A DNA stretch of 46,527 nt from Asterionella formosa. Taxonomy: Eukaryota. The notes beneath the pieces were generated by a model, which was not told where the DNA came from, did not search any database, and saw only the letters and a list, made by a program, of their open reading frames with translations. Every line of letters begins with the position of its first letter. The first letter of the stretch is position 1. This document shows positions 1 to 11,946 of this stretch, piece by piece. A program made the translations under genes and the position numbers. The stretch lies in the NCBI GenBank assembly GCA_002256025.1, contig NKIB01014175.1, positions 1-46,527 of the forward strand, written 5' to 3'.

Positions 1-333
1 CTATAGAGTTCTACATGAAGAGACAATAGTGAATGTACTGTAATTATGTATGCACTCATTGAACTATAAACGTTAGCTTGCCGGCGCGAGCCACAATCTA
101 AACCAATAGAAATGCTCCTTTTATTTGGCTACGGTCGGAGTCTAATCGACCAACTACCTAATATTTGGTCGATAAGGGGGTCATCCTCGATCAAGACCAA
201 AGCATATTTGGTCTTGGTCGATGCGGTGGCTAAAATGTTTTTGCTTTTTCGACCAACACAACGCATCATGACGTGTAATGACCCGCAACTTCAATTGGAT
301 TGGTATTTGGTCGATGCGGTGGCGATGCTCTTA
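1..333. repeat. Dispersed repeat with internal TCGACCAA..TTGGTCGA hairpins; inverted copy at 40931-41210
   Basis: 1-333 aligns by eye to the reverse complement of about 40931-41210 (e.g. gacccgcaacttcaattg / caattgaagttgcgggtc; ORF fragments 112..336 and 40982..41188 share LxDQxPxIWSIRGS..KTKAY.VLVDA). Confidence 0.75.
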
Positions 334-1101
334 TAAAGCGTGGAAACACCATTCAGCCTCTAAAAAAACCATGCTAATCAACGAGATGGTAAGGCAAGAT
401 ATGAAGATGTCAATGGCAATCAGTTAGTTATAATAGCGGGTTGAATGGGCACAAGCCACCGTACTTGTCCCAAATGATTGAAGGCATTTTTTAAGTACAT
501 ACATATATGTAGTCAACTCTCTGAACTGCTGCAATGATGTTTGCATGCTTTTCACTGTGATACAAAGACTCAACGGCAATAACACCAATGCAACTATTAT
601 GGTCTTCTTTTTGTTTAGAAGCGAAGAAACTACCTTAGCACAAATACCTGTTGATGCCACTACACCCCAGTGTTAAGCAAAGCTGTCTTCTTCCTCCTAC
701 AGTTCGCTGTCACAAGCCGTCCCACGGAACTTCCAGATGTAAGGGCAGAGATTGTTGCTACGGCATGTGCCAATTTCGCCAAGTTTGTTGGGAATTTGCC
801 CGCTGTCAACTTGACTTTGATTCTAGTGCAGGAGATGACACATTTACACTCTTAACAGTCATCAACACCCCAAAATAGTCACAGCCACTTGTTATTAAAG
901 ATTCCTGGTGTACAGGGAAAAGGAAACAAAATTTACGGTGATGGCCAAGCACAGCCAAAATTCAGAGTTGCGAGAAGAAAATAGTGATAATCACTCCACG
1001 ATATTAAGAACAAGCACGACGAATGGGTCCAAATACTTCAATCTGGAGGTGTCGATCCTGAAAATCTCAAAAGGGATAGTCCAAAGGCTTGTATTTCTGC
1101 T

Positions 1102-1523
1102 GAGATATGTCGACATCGAAGAGCCTGTCGTCATGCCAGTGACAGATTCCCGCAAATATCTGGATATTTGTCCTAATTTCCAAAAATTGAGCACTGAATC
1201 TTACCGTAAACCATTCGCTTTTGAACTGAACGAAGAAATCCTATCAAAAAACGTGGGTATTTTTCTCTTTGTCGTAAATCCGCTCCCTCCTCTGTATCGT
1301 CCCCAATAGGTTCAGAGAGATGTCGACATCGAAGAGCCTATCGTCAAGCCAGTGCCAGATTCCCGCACATACATGGACATTTGTCCTAATTTCCAAAATT
1401 TTGAGCACCGATTCTTACTGTAAACCATTCGCTTGTGCACTGAACGAAGAAATCCTGTCAAAAAAACGTGGGTATTTTTCTCTTTGTCGTAATTCCGCTC
1501 CCTCCTCTGTATCGTCCCCAATA
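1102..1523. repeat. Tandem duplication, ~213-bp unit x2
   Basis: gagatatgtcgacatcgaagagcc at 1102 recurs at 1315; both copies end ctctgtatcgtccccaata; roughly 90% identical by eye. Confidence 0.9.
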
Positions 1524-2707
1524 AGATCAGAGAGCTTTGGTCAAGTCATCAGAGTCGATTTGAACACTATGATGTGAGTTTGGGTAGCAGCCGTCAAACC
1601 AGTGTCATCCCTAAGATTTTTTTGAGAAAAAATATAGGAGGTTTATGCGAAGCCTGCATATAGGCTAGGGTTTATGGTTTAAGATTTTCATATCAAGAAG
1701 AGGGGGAAGAAATATCTTTTACATTTATAATATTTGATTCTCCCATACTGCAACTCATCATGATATTTTTTACAGTAGAAAGGAGTAAAGCAATCGCCAT
1801 GAGAAAAGTCAAATGATTTAATAGCGTGGTGAGGGACATTTCCAAGGCGTAAAAACGGAAAACATGGACAGTTCGAATCGATGGATATTTAGTTAATGTA
1901 GCTGCACTGACAAACTAATTAATTAATAAAGAATTTTTTTTGTGATAATCCATGCAACTGTGGATTTATGATCTATTGAAAATTCATATGAAGGCCGTTG
2001 GCAAAATCCATAGAAATGGATCTCATAAGCACGTTGTTTAGCTGTTCGAAATACTTTAATAATCGAAACACTTTAATAATTCTGTATATGCAACAGAACA
2101 ACCTGAGATATGAATTTGAAATTATAGTTGAACATTGGTTTCATGATTCATTTTAGCATTATTGCATGCTTATAAACTGGCACGAATCCCTTTACTCTTC
2201 ACTGTTGTAGACGCCGGACAAAAGTTATGAGCAGATAGTACAAATTTTCTAACAACAGTAGCCAACAGCTATAGCTTAGGATGGGAGAAATCGAAGGCTT
2301 CTCTTGGCAATGGTCTTAAAATGCTAGACTTGCCATGGAGGCTCGAAATTTTCGAACAAAAGAAATCAATGCTGGATAATTGTACGGTGTCGATGAACGA
2401 TAGCTGGCAGCTGTCCTGAGTATGTGTAACGTGATTGGTCAATTGATGATTGCAATGGTGATAGTGGTGTTGTTGGTTGGCCGGTATTCACCTATCGGTA
2501 TGTGTTATGTGCTATTTTGTGGACTTTGTTCTATTGCCGCCATCGACCCTTATTTCTTGAAGTTTTAATTTACTAGGCATCGTCGGCAATGGGTACTGCG
2601 AATGCTTTACGAGAGGGTGGCAGACGAGCCGGAATATGTGACCGGATGGTGATGGATGGCCGCATCATTGTTAGATTTTCTGAAAGCGCAATGATGCCGA
2701 TTATTCA

Positions 2708-2925
2708 TGTTGTTGTTGTTGTTTTTATGTTTTTCTTGGTTGGTTGTTGTGTTTTCTAGGTTGTTGTAGGTTTGTTGGTTGTTGTTGGTTGGTTGGTTGT
2801 TGTGTTGTTGTAGGTTTGTTGGTTGTTGTATGTTGTTTTTGGTTGTTGGGTTGTTGGGTTGTTGGGTTGTTGTTAGATTAATTGAGTAAGGGAATTGGCA
2901 AGACTTGTTGTGTTGTCGTGTTGGG
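2708..2925. repeat. (GTT/GGTT)-rich low-complexity tract
   Basis: Degenerate gtt/ggtt iterations; accounts for the N/Q/T-rich ORF 2607..2966. Confidence 0.85.
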
Positions 2926-3484
2926 TTCCTTGGCAGAAATTTGATCAAAAATCCTCCTCTTCTCATTCTGAAGTATTACTGAAAAGTGCGGGAGTTGTTA
3001 ATTAATATTATTTCCTTGGATTATTTGTGAGACGCAAGAGCGAATGTGGATTCGGAGTAGCAACTAGCTTTCTCCTATGAAATTATTTAATAGGAGGGAA
3101 ATTGCTGATGTTGATTGAAAATATCCAGCCATCTAAAACGTAAGGAAAAATGAGGAGGTCATAGAAAAAGAATACTATTGTCTGTATTCTAAATGAATTA
3201 CACTTGTACTTTTCGACTCCAAGTTTTCGTTCTTCATCCTTTATAATTTTCATTCTCTAGCTTTTATAGTATAAAAATAAATCTATAACTTATGTGAGAC
3301 ATGATGATAAAACAAAACCATTTCATTCATTTATTTTAAAGATGGACTCGTAGATAATTCCTATTAATAGGCAGGGCGCTGGCTGCCAAAACCCCTCCAT
3401 AACTGGAATGAAAACAAAAAACACTAAGCTAACCCTTATTGAGTAGTATATACTAAATCCCACCATATTCCTCAATGAACATAT

Positions 3485-3751
3485 CGTATGTGCGAAATCG
3501 ATTTCCTGTTCCGATGCCTAAAATTGAAAGCTCGGAAAAAAGAGAAATCGTTCACATTCTTAAATCAGGAGTTATGGCAGTTGCGGTGTTTCTAGAGTAT
3601 AATAGTTTACCCCATCACGTATGTGCGAAATCGATTTCCTGTTCCGATGCCTAAAATTGAAAGCTCGGAAAAAAGAGAAATCGTTCACATTCTTAAATCA
3701 GGAGTTATAAGGCAGTTGCGGTGTTTCTAGAGTATATAGTTCACCCCATCA
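3485..3751. repeat. Tandem duplication, ~133-bp unit x2
   Basis: cgtatgtgcgaaatcgatttcc starts at 3485 and at 3618; near-identical with small indels near the unit end. Confidence 0.95.
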
Positions 3752-4161
3752 CAGTTCCAGCTTCTATAAACTTTCATATTCCGGCCCAAAATGAGTCATC
3801 GCATTAACTTTATATAGTTGAACAGCTGGATTAAATGTTTGGCCAATTTTTGCATGGATCGTTTGAAGTACTGAGGTTTCACTGCATGAACTCCTTTTGT
3901 AACATGTAACACCTTCGTTTCTAGTCTCCCTTGTACTTTGCAGGGACTGTTTAACTTGGCCATGCCTATTCACCTTCCATATGTCATAATGACTCCCAAG
4001 GGCAGAGCGTTGTATCTTGTGGTCTCGCCACAGCACTTAGAAACATGACTTTTTTACTGTGAGACTTGTGACGAACATTCCTTTCCAGTTGTTGGAGAAA
4101 TTAGTTTAGGAGACGTCCCGGTAAGAAAGAAATTAAAATTACCTTTATGCATATTGAGTCG

Positions 4162-4227
4162 AATGAATCAAAAAGAATATGGTACCAGAAAAATCAGAAT
4201 TCGAAAACAATCTGCATCGCCAGTAAA
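4162..4227 (+). repeat. Short dispersed repeat fragment (copy at 42127-42184)
   Basis: aatgaatcaaaaagaata...cagaattcgaaaacaatctgca...ccagtaaa is present at both sites in the same orientation. Confidence 0.7.
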
Positions 4228-4500
4228 TAAAACACTTTTAATATATCATATATACACATCTGCTAATAAAATGGATTAATTTTTGGACTTCTAGAGGTGT
4301 TACATAGAACATATGACTAATCTGAGTCGAAAATTCATCCAAAGCCAAGGTGGAAAATTCAACAACTGGATTGAAAATTCTTTGAGGTTTACACCTGATT
4401 TCACTGTGGTAAATATTTTTACATACAAGAAGATCACATTATTTATATAGAATGCAGGCATAGTGTATACAATACATACTAGAGATGGTTAAAATTCTCC

Positions 4501-4555
<55 letters not shown>
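4501..4555. repeat. (AT)n microsatellite
   Basis: 55-bp AT dinucleotide run with one phase slip, 5 bp beyond the stop codon of the 4561..5949 gene. Confidence 0.97.
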
Positions 4556-4558
<3 letters not shown>

Positions 4559-4560
4559 CT

Positions 4561-5949
4561 TCACCTGTTATTGCTAGCTCTGGAATGCTCGACAGTAGTA
4601 GTAACATGGAGACTTGAAATACTAACTGGAGGATTCATAAAGTCGGCCTTGGTATCCACATGCATCAACTGTTGAAGTACATTAAAGCCTCCAACAATTT
4701 TCCCCAAGCAGACATCCCCATCATGAACATAAGAGTTATCTAAAAGATTGACATAGAAATTGTAGGACCCATTTTCAGATGGTGTTAGTCCTACAGTCCA
4801 TGCTTGATGCTTGTGAATGGATTTTTCCACAAACTCTAGTTTGGTGCTCATTGCCTTTGAGGGAGTGGCAAGCATCATGTGTGCAGGATGCCAAATGAAT
4901 GTTGCATCCTTCCAGTCACCTTGCAGGATTTGCTGCAGCCATACCCAGTTGGCATGGGGTGTTTCATCAAAGAGCTCGATAGTTATAGACTTTGGCCCTT
5001 CGTTACCTGAACTGATACCCAATTCCATGTTGACATGGAGAGATCCAGGACCATAACGCTCTGCAATCTCTTGTCTTGCATCTTTCTGGAGGAACTCTTG
5101 AAGCGCGTTTACTTCCTTGTCAACGTCCAAATGGCTGCGCTTGACAGCAGCAATGTCCTTGTGGAGCTGAATGGCTTCTGCCGTAGTCGAAGCTCCATTG
5201 GATCCTGGCAGAGCCAGGGTGTCTTCTCGGAGGCGTTTAAGCTGTTGTTGCAATTGCAGGGCCCTGCCTTCGATGCGGTCCATCTGATTGACTAGAATTG
5301 TCTCTTCGTTCCTGTAGTGTTCCAAGCGCAATGAGGCCTGACTGACCTTGGTATGGGCATCAAACACTAGATAGAAGATGGTCATAACCACCATTGTCTG
5401 AGCGAGATGACCCAGAGTCCATCCTCTGTGATGCATCAAATGGTAGGTGGGAAATCCCGCTGTGGTTCCGCTTCTGCGGAACTTACTTTGGTCACTGTAG
5501 GGTGCATACTGATGACTGTTCGACTGGGCAGCGTCGAGAGAGTTGTCCCTGAGTAGCTTTTGAACGTCCATTTGATCCAATTGAAGCGTGGACCTGCGAC
5601 GAAGACTGTTGATCTGCTGGTTGCTGCTGATTGACGTTGCTTCGACCGGAGAGGAAGGCGCCGATATGGGAATGCCAGCTGGGACAGGTGATGAGGCGGA
5701 TAACGATCGCTCGCGACTGACGGTGACGGTGAAATCTGGCAGCAACGAGCCCGCACCGGATTCCGAAGCCATCAATCGTCGTAGCATGCTAGGCTTGGGT
5801 GAGGATGCCGCTTCCTGAGCGACATGATGGGCGAGAAGAAGACCTTTTGGGGGAGCAGCAAAGCCCGGAGTCATCATAGGAGTGGAATCGGAATCGGAAT
5901 TGGAATTGGACGGCAAACGCGATGCTGACCTTCCACCGAGCCGAGACAT
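4561..5949 (-). CDS. Type II membrane protein with coiled coil and C-terminal cyclophilin-like domain (462 aa)
   Basis: Intact ORF. S/P-rich disordered N-terminus, one hydrophobic helix (LAQTMVVMTIFYLVF), coiled coil, then ITIELFDETPHA..., WTVGLT..., NFYVNLLDNS..H.GDVCLGKIVGGFNVL, which follow the cyclophilin-fold pattern. Confidence 0.8.
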   Translation of the reverse strand: MSRLGGRSASRLPSNSNSDSDSTPMMTPGFAAPPKGLLLAHHVAQEAASSPKPSMLRRLMASESGAGSLLPDFTVTVSRERSLSASSPVPAGIPISAPSSPVEATSISSNQQINSLRRRSTLQLDQMDVQKLLRDNSLDAAQSNSHQYAPYSDQSKFRRSGTTAGFPTYHLMHHRGWTLGHLAQTMVVMTIFYLVFDAHTKVSQASLRLEHYRNEETILVNQMDRIEGRALQLQQQLKRLREDTLALPGSNGASTTAEAIQLHKDIAAVKRSHLDVDKEVNALQEFLQKDARQEIAERYGPGSLHVNMELGISSGNEGPKSITIELFDETPHANWVWLQQILQGDWKDATFIWHPAHMMLATPSKAMSTKLEFVEKSIHKHQAWTVGLTPSENGSYNFYVNLLDNSYVHDGDVCLGKIVGGFNVLQQLMHVDTKADFMNPPVSISSLHVTTTVEHSRASNNR

Positions 5950-6795
5950 TCGAGACGCTTCAACTGACTTATACAGGAAGGGAACGGCAACAAGTCAAAC
6001 TAGCTATAATGAAGCCACAACAATCAATTGCACAATGGCGTCACTTTTTATACCCTACTTTTTTTGTACTAGACACTTTGCAAATTGTAAGTAGTACCAG
6101 GTACCCTGTAAGTCAAAATTTTGAAAATCGGCCATGTACATAGACATTTAACTATTATGTACTATATCCTGGTTTCACCATACGATTTACACGGTATTTC
6201 CTTTCACGCATTCATTCATCGATATTCTCATCCACGAATGTCTCTATATATGTAATGTCAATTCAATCAATGATGTCTTCGATGAACCATAACATGCCGA
6301 AATGATCACAGGATTGAGATTAGTTAGACGCGAGCATTTCATTTCTTGTAACCCTGTATATCGATTGTGAACAATTCACCTGTGACGTCATTCATCAGTC
6401 TAACTATTAAAAAGATAGGGTACTTGTTCGTGTGTAGCCACTAGTTAACTTCGGCTTGTCTTTGGCGAACATACAAGACAAAAAGTTGATTCTCCAACAG
6501 CAAGCAAAAAATCGATGCAACCTCACAAACGGTTGCTCATGAGGACAGACTATGCATATCGTCATCGGATTATTGCCCCTTTTGGTTCACGAGAGTCCTT
6601 GTCGCTAACACAACAGCATTCGTATTATTCAATCCGTTAGCAATCGCGCATATTTGTACTTGGAATATTGAGCTTCGTCTTCTTCTATGTCTTGTCTTGT
6701 GAGCGGAAAAGTATCGTACCGGTATGTACACAGGAGACTGAACGGTAGACTAGACTAACAGGTACCAGGTACCGTACCGTAATTGGTACAATTAA

Positions 6796-7986
6796 GGTTG
6801 CGGCCCCGGCTTAACCCTAGTTCGGAGAAAATATCGCTAGGGTTGTAAAAACGGCGTGGAACAGGGAGTTCCTACTATGAATTCTCATGATTCGAGTGTC
6901 CATTTGAATATTTGAATTAAATAGGAATCAGGGCCAGATTGATGGAGTTCCATTTTTAAAAAATTATGATATTTAAATGTTTATACTTTTTCTACGTTAC
7001 TGAATGTAGACATAATTTTGCTCAACGCCAAAACACATATATAAATTAGGAGTATGCCAACATGTATGCTCATGGCTCTTGTTTATACGTTCATAATGAA
7101 TCTACATTGCTGTTTGTAGTTTCAATATCACTCCACGCACAAAGGTATACCGGTATGCAAATCAGTGCCGGAGTCCCAGAGTAATAGTATTTCGGTACTC
7201 GGAGCACCAGGTAGCTAGTACATAATATTGGTTCATCATGATGGAGGACAGGATATACTACCGGTAGTACCGTTACTGATTTTACCAACCAGTATTCAGT
7301 ACATCTAATACATGTGGCTCAAGTGTGGCTGGCGAGATTTTACAAGACCGGGATACTTCAGCGAATCTGGAGCAGGTGAATAAATTCAATTCAACCAATC
7401 AGAATATGTGTAGGGACGCGGGAACTTACCCTGGAGTCTTTTTGGACTGAGAATTATTCAGCGAAACATACCTACGCAAGACTCCAAGTATATGAGAACG
7501 TTTTTGCACGTACAAATTCTGATTCCAATATTTTGGCGACTGTTGAAAAAGCCGATCGGGTCGACTATTTGAAGGAGGATTGCTCGACATCTACGGGGTT
7601 TCATGAAGAATGAAATAGATAGCTGTGTACCCTATAACAACGTCAGGAGTTAACTTCTGCAGAGAAGTGGCAGTTATCCCTCGTAGATTTTTTAAAAGCT
7701 TGATGCCCCCCTTTTTTGGCTATTTTTTGGATAGTTACGATTCCAAGAGGGATAACTGCCACTTCTCTCCAGAAATGAGGTCCTTACCATACTATCTGTA
7801 TATAGATCATACCCCTAAGTCGACCCATGACTGTATCTAAGCATATGCAAAGTGGTCATATTGGTGAAAGCTAATTTTACCTTTAACTATTTTATTTCGT
7901 TGCTAGTACTGTGTGGATTGAAGTACATAATAAAATTATTTTGAAAAAAAACAGACCTCGTGATGTGTAACTGCGGGGCCGCAACC
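6796..7986. mobile_element. Non-autonomous TIR DNA transposon, TTAA target duplication, GG...CC termini (Kolobok-like)
   Basis: ttaa|ggttgcggccccg at 6792-6808 and cggggccgcaacc|ttaa at 7974-7990 form a perfect 13-bp TIR plus TTAA each side; internal 28-bp inverted repeat 7655-7682/7747-7774; no transposase ORF. Confidence 0.75.
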
Positions 7987-8754
7987 TTAAACCCAATTTG
8001 TATTTTCCTGTAGGCCTCTAATATGTGTCTACTTGGTCATTTTAATACACGGTATTGATCTGAAAATACAAGTGGAAGGACCGTGTTGCAACAGTATGTA
8101 GGTATATGGAAAAATTAAACCCGGTTTCACTGGAGGTTTAATTTTTTGGTTTAATTAAAACATAACTGTACACACGATCATCGTAGGAATGTACACTGTA
8201 CGAGTACATTTTAGCTATTACACTGTACTGGTACCAGGTACCACCTGGTATCGGTCGTACAAAAAAATGAAACCCCATCCTCATGTACCGCTGGTAACAG
8301 GTACTCCCTCTGTCTAGTAACAGTTGCATCGATAATTCAAATTTATCCGGGGCCATTTTGACTCCTTCGATTTTCTCCGGCTCAATTGCCCTATTGTGCG
8401 GCTTGCTCTAAGCTACAGAATCATGTATACATTATACCGTATATAGAAAGATTAAAATTGGCAACTTCACTTGTAGCTATCTCGAGCAAAATGCAGATGC
8501 ATGAGGACCCATTTTTCTTCGAACCATCTACTATTCTCAAAATACGTACAAAGTACGATATAACAGTAGAACAACTGCAACTTGCGTTCAATTATGGAAT
8601 GTGCAACTCCGAAAGTGGCGATGATGGGAAGGAAGAAAACGACGGTATGCTCGTTTTGAGGATTGTAACCGTTAAACATCAGGTGGCATGGCTCATGTAG
8701 GTACAACAACCGTAGAAAGTATACCAAACGACAATTATTCAGTTCATATTATTT

Positions 8755-9830
8755 TTATGATAGTGGCTTGTTGTGTTTGGTTTCCCGCAAATATTTAACT
8801 GGCCGGCCGATGTGAACCAGCAGTTGGCGATATGTACATGTATGCAATGAATATGCATATGTTAAATTGGTTTCGATTAATTTATTTGAATCATTAATCC
8901 ATTTTGGTTGGCATCTGAAAATAGTAGTTTGGTTGGGAACATTGCCTTCAATTTTCACATGACAATAAATATCAATCTTTGCAATGGAATCAGACCCAAA
9001 CCCATCTTCAAGACTTTTTATTCTTGCTATTTCTACTATTGCTGAATTCGCAATGCTCTTTACGTGGTTGTCCCCCTTTGGTAAATCAGGATGAACCAAT
9101 TGAGACAAGGGTGCATCCTTACTCCCGTGATACATGCCCAATCTTATTAGGGACACCTGCTATAGTCCATTGACCATTTGATGATGAGTCAGAGAATTGA
9201 ACTTTAACAGGCAGGAAGGGATGGTGAATGGTTCTTGGTAGGCGATATTCCCAGATTAGCAGGCAAGGTACCACTACTTGGCAACATCCTTGTATCTGGA
9301 ATCAATTCTTCAACATCAATCTCTGTTGAAAAATCCTCAGTTACATTGATGTACTTTACTCATCTTCTTCCGCTTGTTTTCTGTATGTAATGAATCACTT
9401 GCAAAACCAAATTTTCGTGCCAAGGAAAACTGCCTTGTTTCATATGACCTTGTTAAAATTTCATGCTTTAATCGATGTAATTCTTGTCCATTGACATGTT
9501 AACTGGGTCGCTCATTTCAATTTGTCTTTCAAAGAAGACTCCAAATATCCACCAAAGAAATTAAGAGGCAATCTGAACTTCCTAATCAGATGAGGGTAAT
9601 GATTCATTCCATGAAATTTTGCCATTCGCTAGCCAATTTGAGATATCATTTCTCATTGGGGACCAATCAGAATCTTAGTAGCTGACATAAACCTCTTTAC
9701 CCTTTTCTCTAAAATATCAATACATGTTAATATATAGTTGATGTATACTGCAGCATGAATAAATTGTCATTGTAAGGAAACGCCTGTCCAGCCGAATCAA
9801 TTTCAGCAAAATGACTGCAACTTGCTGGTT
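8755..9830 (-). pseudogene. Degenerate CACTA/Plavaka-like (CMC-type) transposase C-terminal fragment
   Basis: Minus strand about 9625-9521 reads MAKFHGMNHYPHLIRKFRLPLNFFGGYLESSLKDK, matching the K.H...H....I..FG.P.NF....E motif before the catalytic Glu; downstream IFRCQPKW in ORF 8755..9156; many stops and frameshifts. Confidence 0.55.
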
Positions 9831-10304
9831 ACACAGGTCCGGTCTGCACTGCGATCGTGCGGTGCACCGGATTCAGATTTGAACACAGTACCAGGTACGG
9901 GTAGTCCATTCATTATGTGTGTTTACATGTAGGAAAGAATGCGGCCTTACTGGCGTTCAAATATAAATTGTTCCGTTGAGTTGCTTCTGGAGCGCGAAAA
10001 CTAAGAATATGATGCTGAGTAGATATACCGGTACTCTCGGAGTATCAAGTATCAATTGTACCAGCAGGGCGTCCAAGCAAAAAGGATGATGGTACCATTT
10101 ATAAGCATCACCGGGACTGTAATCAAAGTTAGTCACATCAGCATTGTATTGACTACATTCGCATCAGCATTCAAGGCTTCATTCATACTTCTTGTCAAGC
10201 CTTTGCTCTAAAGGTTCAATATCACAGCTCTCAAATTGTGGAAGACGCCGTAGCAACAGAAGCAAGGAGCGACAGAAGGGAACGATTGAGATTGTCGGGA
10301 GAAC

Positions 10305-11946
10305 ATGCTAACCGCCCTTTCTTCAATGATGGTGGACGCTCTTGCCACCCCTACATCCATTGCCATGCTGTTTGCTTCAGTAGTTGCACTAGTGCTGTTG
10401 TGGGTACTCTTTTTGCCAGATCAACGGCACGTACAAGCCTTCACATTTGACAGTATCAAGTCGTTTGCAGAAAGCGCTCCAGAATCCGTCGCTGAACAGC
10501 TCAGCAAATCCAAGCGCTGGTGGGATGATTTGGCGCCTCCATTTTCAATGAACTCATTGGAAGAAATAGAACACGATGAAGATTTGGCAGTGTACAATAG
10601 CTTGGGTGCTCATGTCGCACATTTTTGTTTCTTGTTTCATGGATATCAAGGGAGGAGTGAGGTAGGTGTTTTCTTCTCAACTTGTATGGCGTGGTCGTAC
10701 CCTGTATTGGTTTGTCATTCTGACAATTTATCTTTAGGACCTTTCATACTTGCACACTGTTATGGAAGTCCTAGTGGAAAAGGAAAAACGTAAAATAATT
10801 GAAAAGCAACAAACGAACCCATCGTTGCCACGTCAAGACTTAATTGTTCATAGTGTGGTGGCCAATGAACGACGGACTGCTGACGGCGTCATCAATGGAG
10901 GTGAACGAGCCCTCGAAGAAATGCTCACCAGAATACGGCGGTACAGTTCGGAGAAACGAGAAATATGTCAAATCACTGTCTCTGTTGTCGGCAACTCCCT
11001 AGGTGGCATCTACAGCCGATATGCCATTGCACGACTCGCAGAGATTTGTGATTCAGGGAAGGATGAAATTATGCTTATGGACAGTGTGCACCCAATTTAT
11101 TTTAATGTTTTCTGCACCACTGCTACACCTCATTTAGGAATCTCTAAGCATACATACCTTCCTCTCCCTCGATTGGCGGAAATTGGGGTAGCCCATTCAA
11201 TGGGACGAACAGGCAAGGATCTCTTTCGATGTAACGACTTGGTCAAGTCTATGGCAACATCGCCAAAGTATCTGAAGCCTTTGGGATCGTTCCGAAAACG
11301 AATCGCATATGCAAATGCATTTGGAACTGATTTTCCAGTGCCTGTCGGCACAGCGGCTTTTTTGTCCGACCAATCGACGTATCCTCATTACTTTGTTGAA
11401 GCTAATGACAACGATGATGATTGTGGGGTGGTAATGGATGATAACGGTCTAGTTATTGCGACAATGCATACGCCACCTAATAGATTGACTCCTAATGGCG
11501 AGGGTTTACTCTTGGACAAAAAAAGTGAAGATGATTTAGTTCAAATGTCCAATGCCTTGGATTCCCTTGGTTGGAAAAAGGTCTTCGTTGATGTTCGAAA
11601 AGAAATTCCTTTTGGCGTCTCACTACCTCGTAACCTTTCACGCAACTTCTTAAGCCAAAGTGATCATGGCAACAGTGAAGTCATAAATAAAAAATTGGAG
11701 GAGCTCAAGGCTCAAAAAGGGGTGAGCGTGGAATCAAGAATGCTCAAGGAAGCCATCAGTGCACCAGTTCCATTGAGTCAATCTCGCCTCTCACTTCCTT
11801 TGGGGCACAATATGATTTGCGCTGTTTCGCGAAGTCGAATGAGCACGTATATGAACAAAGGCGGAAGACCAGTGGTGGATTCTTTGGCCAAAGAGTTGGT
11901 TGAAGATATTTTCCTATGGACTGCCAGTTGTCAAAGGGATGAGTGA
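10305..11946 (+). CDS. DUF676 family alpha/beta hydrolase (putative lipase), ~521 aa; exons 10305-10661, 10738-11946
   Basis: Removing GT-AG intron 10662-10737 (76 bp, ttctgac branch site) gives HGYQGRSE|DLSYL; nucleophile motif GNSLGG, ATPHLG, FRKRIAYANAFGTDFPVP; N-terminal TM helix. Confidence 0.88.

Noticed and set aside
420..2400. Possible decayed transposase on the minus strand (GLCPFNP-like motif near 440-460)
   Set aside because: One short motif amid many stops; no DDE triad identifiable.
2607..2966. N/Q/T-rich 119-aa ORF
   Set aside because: Explained by the GTT low-complexity tract; no domain evidence.
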